Shown: positions 61,301 to 64,000 of the stretch, one piece after another
Numbering within the stretch: position 1 is the stretch's first letter
Layout: every line of letters starts with the position of its first letter
Source: Candidatus Heimdallarchaeota archaeon
GTDB lineage: Archaea > Asgardarchaeota > Heimdallarchaeia > Hodarchaeales > Hodarchaeaceae
DNA length: 64,000 bases
Assembly (NCBI GenBank): GCA_011364965.1
Contig: RDOB01000002.1
Location: forward strand, 96,001-160,000
Reading direction: 5' to 3'
Program-made: the position numbers and the translations under genes
The notes under the pieces: model-generated
Database searches by the model: none
What the model was told of the DNA's origin: nothing
What the model saw: the letters and a program-made list of their open reading frames with translations, nothing else

Positions 61301-61963
61301 TAGCTGAGTCCAATGTTCTGCGTCATCTTTTTCTTTTCTTAGCGATTCAACTCGTTTTGAAACCTCACTCACTAATAACTGGAGTTCATCCATTCGTCTA
61401 TTAGCTTCATCCAATTCCACTAACGCTGATTGCTTCTTCTCATCAAATTGTCCCACACCTGCTAGATTTTCCATTAACTTTCTTCGTTCAATTGGATTCA
61501 TTCCGACTATCTCCCCCACTTGACCTTGAGCAATAATATTATATGAATTTATTACATCAATCCCAGCGATTCTCAATTTGTCCAAAATATCTGTCCTTGT
61601 TGTCCTTTTACCATTTAATCTATAAGTACTTGACCCATTACGTTTCAACTCACGAGAAACTATAATCTCTTTCTCCTTTAAAGGAATCAAAAAATCAGAA
61701 TTATCAAATATTATTTCAACAGTTGCTTTATCTGCTGGTTTTTTCCCTCCTATCCCGTTATAAATCAAACCAATCATTTTATCGGCACGCATGCTTTTCT
61801 TAGACATTGCTCCTAAGCAGAAATTTATACCATCAATACTATTTGATTTTCCACTTCCATTAGGGCCAACAATGACAGTAAAGCCTGTGGCAAGGGGCAT
61901 ACGCACTGTTCCAGGACCATAAGATTTCCAACCAGTCATTTTGATTTCTTTGATGTGAACCAT
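58382..61963 (-). CDS. smc: Chromosome segregation protein SMC
   Basis: Walker A GPNGSGKSN, Q-loop AQG, hinge GX6GX3GG (GDVFYSNGIIFGG), PVNMRA, signature MSGGEK and Walker B LDEIDAALD. Confidence 0.96.
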   Translation of the reverse strand: MVHIKEIKMTGWKSYGPGTVRMPLATGFTVIVGPNGSGKSNSIDGINFCLGAMSKKSMRADKMIGLIYNGIGGKKPADKATVEIIFDNSDFLIPLKEKEIIVSRELKRNGSSTYRLNGKRTTRTDILDKLRIAGIDVINSYNIIAQGQVGEIVGMNPIERRKLMENLAGVGQFDEKKQSALVELDEANRRMDELQLLVSEVSKRVESLRKEKDDAEHWTQLDNEVKKLKALLISFAFHKNSEGIKKFDDEISEFRTNQEALITERDGKTANIDETTEKIRNLEDQTIRLETSLKEIRSNIEEKNIEKAKIDEKTEYNNKTLQTNENRMKQLEERLIQIEKKKEEDLQTKSQLEEGKRELIAKIEETQTQKSSVEKDLEAKNEEYDDIKNEYDDAERRYRIENDRLTKTQVSFEVSQNMVTAFQNNVNEYEKRQKELDEQININQTKLNELKQIIEEDTTKTSETQQRMEEIQEKKQNIENTILTLDSETRQLNDQYIVKKARIDTISSFLKAESGKENPAVSFISEKANSGEISGVLGEFQNISREGETLPSEVGHLSDAIITDTIDTAIFCIKMLKENAIGAANFIPLEQFKLKLEDKFSNIVKKIKEQNEIIDNLNEAVNIWRKGKQTVTTTDGDVFYSNGIIFGGFHLVSAQETINQLIIERDETEEKLNLKKNELKEVQTSLKKLNDLENVIVKSLEKLEKNIQNNTIALNQQENEIKLYRENIEKNKGEIKPLLQQLADRTRSRDEQEQEMHQYEKTIEEIAQEMNEIETRLEAADTRPLLEQMNQIEQKLGKLQGRLTGIDSRIESLTKSKEEREARILETQEEINALKVENANLEGELEAISEQKEQIGIQLKQILEKEDSITDEMKEVKSDLSTQKKYQGQLVKDKERLNEKITQLEEKITSIKLQRERFSVEIENLQNEAVANNIEILSADAEELKKIKESKITEDIESKSAEKKRLEPVNMRALKEFQEENSRYIELLDRRDILIEERQVILDFIEDIETEKYTVFMKTFRSVNKHFGSIFNELSGGDARLILEKDPKKGEDIFEGGLFIEAHPAGKRVASLEAMSGGEKALTALAFIFAVQTVDVQPFYILDEIDAALDPMNVRRVAKLLHRMSRSVGQDEGDEDQRKKKSTPGAQFLVISHRDILMAWADRLYGCTNVKGLSSIFSIQMSEDKQLERATSF

Positions 61964-62398
61964 TGCATATGCCTCAATCTATGGTTTTTTAGTGATGGTT
62001 TTTTACTATTAAGAAATAACTAACCGCAATTTTACCAATTTCAATGTATTGATTAAAGGCATTCCTTTTGGAATTTTGCTGATAAGTAAGGAATCAGTGT
62101 TTGAATCCATTATAAATCTATTCTAACATAACTTATGGAATATAAAGAGATACAATCTATGATTTGTATGGAATTTCTGTAACAATGGATTAAGGAATCT
62201 ATATCAAGTTTTTTACTATTCTGAATATAGTTTGATTGTGCTAATTTACCCTATTAAAATGAATTCGATTTTTCTTAGTAAAATATGGAAAGATGTCCCG
62301 GGTTTTTTAATTTGCTAAAAGATCTAGAATGATATAAAATAGGATAAGAAATAAAATTCCTTTACTATTTTCGGTTAAACACTTCAGGAGTGCTATAA

Positions 62399-63877
62399 AT
62401 GGAAGTAAAAGCTAGTGAAGATAATGGATGTAAGGTAAAAAAGAAACTAGATTTTCTTACGACTGAGCATTTAAGAGAAAACAGATCTACGAGTCAGAAA
62501 GTCAGAAATATTATTGGTATGGGTCTTTTTGCCTCTGCTAATTCTATTTTAATCTCTTTTATTATAGCCTACTTTAATTCAGCTTATTTGCAAGGTTTAT
62601 TGAAATTAGAGGCATCCATTGCCGAAACTATTTTTTCTTACTCCGTTGCTGCGGGGAGTGTCGCCTTTCTTGGGACTGTTATCATTGGAGGGGCATTTTC
62701 TGATGATTATCGTTCTAAATATGGTGCGAGAGCGCCTTTTATTTTGGGGGGGTGTCTTCTTGCGGGAATAATGTTAATAGTCACTCCTTTTTTTGCAGGT
62801 AGTTCTAATGATCCCGAATTAATGAAAATTTTATTCCCAATATGCTTCTTTTTAATTTACGCGGGGTTAGGACTTGCTAGTTCACCATATGGTGCCCTAT
62901 TATCTGAACTATTCACAAAAGAACAGAGGGGATGGGTTGGCATTGTTTTAGCAGGTTTTACAACTCTTGGTTCTTTCTTGGGTTTAGTATTATTTAAAGA
63001 AATAACAAAAATTCTTCTAGGAGTCGCAGAACTATTTCAGATGAGCTTAGTTCTAGAAGTTAGTTTTTTCATTTTTCCTGCTTTAGTAATAGCCATATCT
63101 GGAATTTTTATCTTTTTTTTGGTTGAAAAAGCCAATCCCCCATATCCACCCATTGATTCAGTTATTACAGATATAATACAGACTCCTACATATCTACTTA
63201 ACTTTTCTGGCTCCGATTTTGGCAAAATGTTCTTTGTTCAATCTTTTTGGGGTTTTGCAGGAGAAACAGTATCTATATATCTGATAATTCATATTTCAAA
63301 AGCTTCCAGTATTTCTCTTGATGAAGCACCTACGGCTTTGGTAATTTTAGCCGTTGTTTCTGCTTTAATGGTTATACCTGCTGGTTTTTTTATTCAAAAA
63401 TTTGGAAAAGTTAACACTGCAATAGTTGGATCAATAGCATATTCACTTTTCTGTCTTCTTCTAGGTGGAATGGAAATCGGTGGATATTCTTGGGCCTTGA
63501 TAATAATAGCAGCCTTAGGTGGCTTGGGCGCGGTATTTGTAGAATCAGTTCGTGTATCTCTACCAGCTGATTTGGTACCAGAGGGAAAGGAGGCTCAATT
63601 CATGGGATTGAATAAATTTGGAGCAACTTGGACTCAACCTTTAGTTGCTTTAGCAGGTGGATTCATTTTATCAGCTTTTGCGGATTGGAATTACTCCGCA
63701 ACCGCGGTTATGTTTTTAGTTGCTGGCATTGCTTCCATTATTGCTACTATACTTCTATTCCTGATAACTTATGAGAAAATGGTACGATCCGAATACCAAA
63801 AGTTTTACAAACGTTACTTACAAGCAAAAGGATTTTTCGAGGGCAAATTAGATAGTTTGGTTGATTCCATAGTATAG
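62399..63877 (+). CDS. MFS transporter
   Basis: About 12 TM; motifs GAFSDDYRSKYGARAPF, ALLSELFTKEQRG and ADLVPEGKEAQFMG. Confidence 0.88.
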   Translation: MEVKASEDNGCKVKKKLDFLTTEHLRENRSTSQKVRNIIGMGLFASANSILISFIIAYFNSAYLQGLLKLEASIAETIFSYSVAAGSVAFLGTVIIGGAFSDDYRSKYGARAPFILGGCLLAGIMLIVTPFFAGSSNDPELMKILFPICFFLIYAGLGLASSPYGALLSELFTKEQRGWVGIVLAGFTTLGSFLGLVLFKEITKILLGVAELFQMSLVLEVSFFIFPALVIAISGIFIFFLVEKANPPYPPIDSVITDIIQTPTYLLNFSGSDFGKMFFVQSFWGFAGETVSIYLIIHISKASSISLDEAPTALVILAVVSALMVIPAGFFIQKFGKVNTAIVGSIAYSLFCLLLGGMEIGGYSWALIIIAALGGLGAVFVESVRVSLPADLVPEGKEAQFMGLNKFGATWTQPLVALAGGFILSAFADWNYSATAVMFLVAGIASIIATILLFLITYEKMVRSEYQKFYKRYLQAKGFFEGKLDSLVDSIV

Positions 63878-64000
63878 AAATAAAATTCTTTTTCCTAATA
63901 TTCAGATTTGCCCTTTTCTCTTTTTATTTTCAATTATTAGAATTCCAAGATGCGAAAATGGAGATTCCATCCCTTCACCAGACTTAGCAGAGCATAAATA

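Noticed and set aside
61964-62398. Long intergenic regions (also 31381-31832 and 41653-42095) as ncRNA, tRNA or replication origin
   Set aside because: AT-rich divergent promoter regions; I could not discern a cloverleaf, ORB-like repeats or a convincing stable structure.

Overview
This is an AT-rich, gene-dense archaeal chromosomal window, most likely from an Asgard archaeon (Heimdallarchaeia-like). The assignment is inference from four unprenylated Ras-superfamily GTPases, a longin-like protein, a eukaryote-like Top6A, a stand-alone TFIIB cyclin-fold protein and GGTG/GGAG ribosome-binding sites. The window is unusually rich in DNA topology and chromosome-organisation genes: a partial Sph/ClsN-type SMC-related protein, a tightly coupled gyrB-gyrA-top6B-top6A run, and an smc-scpA / scpB-scpB cluster split by a TrmB-HTH long coiled-coil gene. 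The main discovery candidate is a 2314-aa topoisomerase VI B subunit. Its intact GHKL/transducer core is fused to about 28 tandem ~60-aa helix-hairpin-helix-like repeats (counted by eye), an architecture reminiscent of Topo V. Its partner Top6A looks Spo11/plant-TOP6A-like and has an N-terminal ubiquitin/PB1-like extension. Also present are a group 3b [NiFe]-hydrogenase operon with a maturation protease (apparent ATC start), porGDAB, lpdA, uvrB, uvrC, an orphan DUF499 ATPase, a filter-less RCK channel-like gene pair downstream of an unannotated RHH regulator, and transporters. I recognised no rRNA, tRNA, CRISPR array or transposase. All family calls are by motif recognition only; no searches were run.
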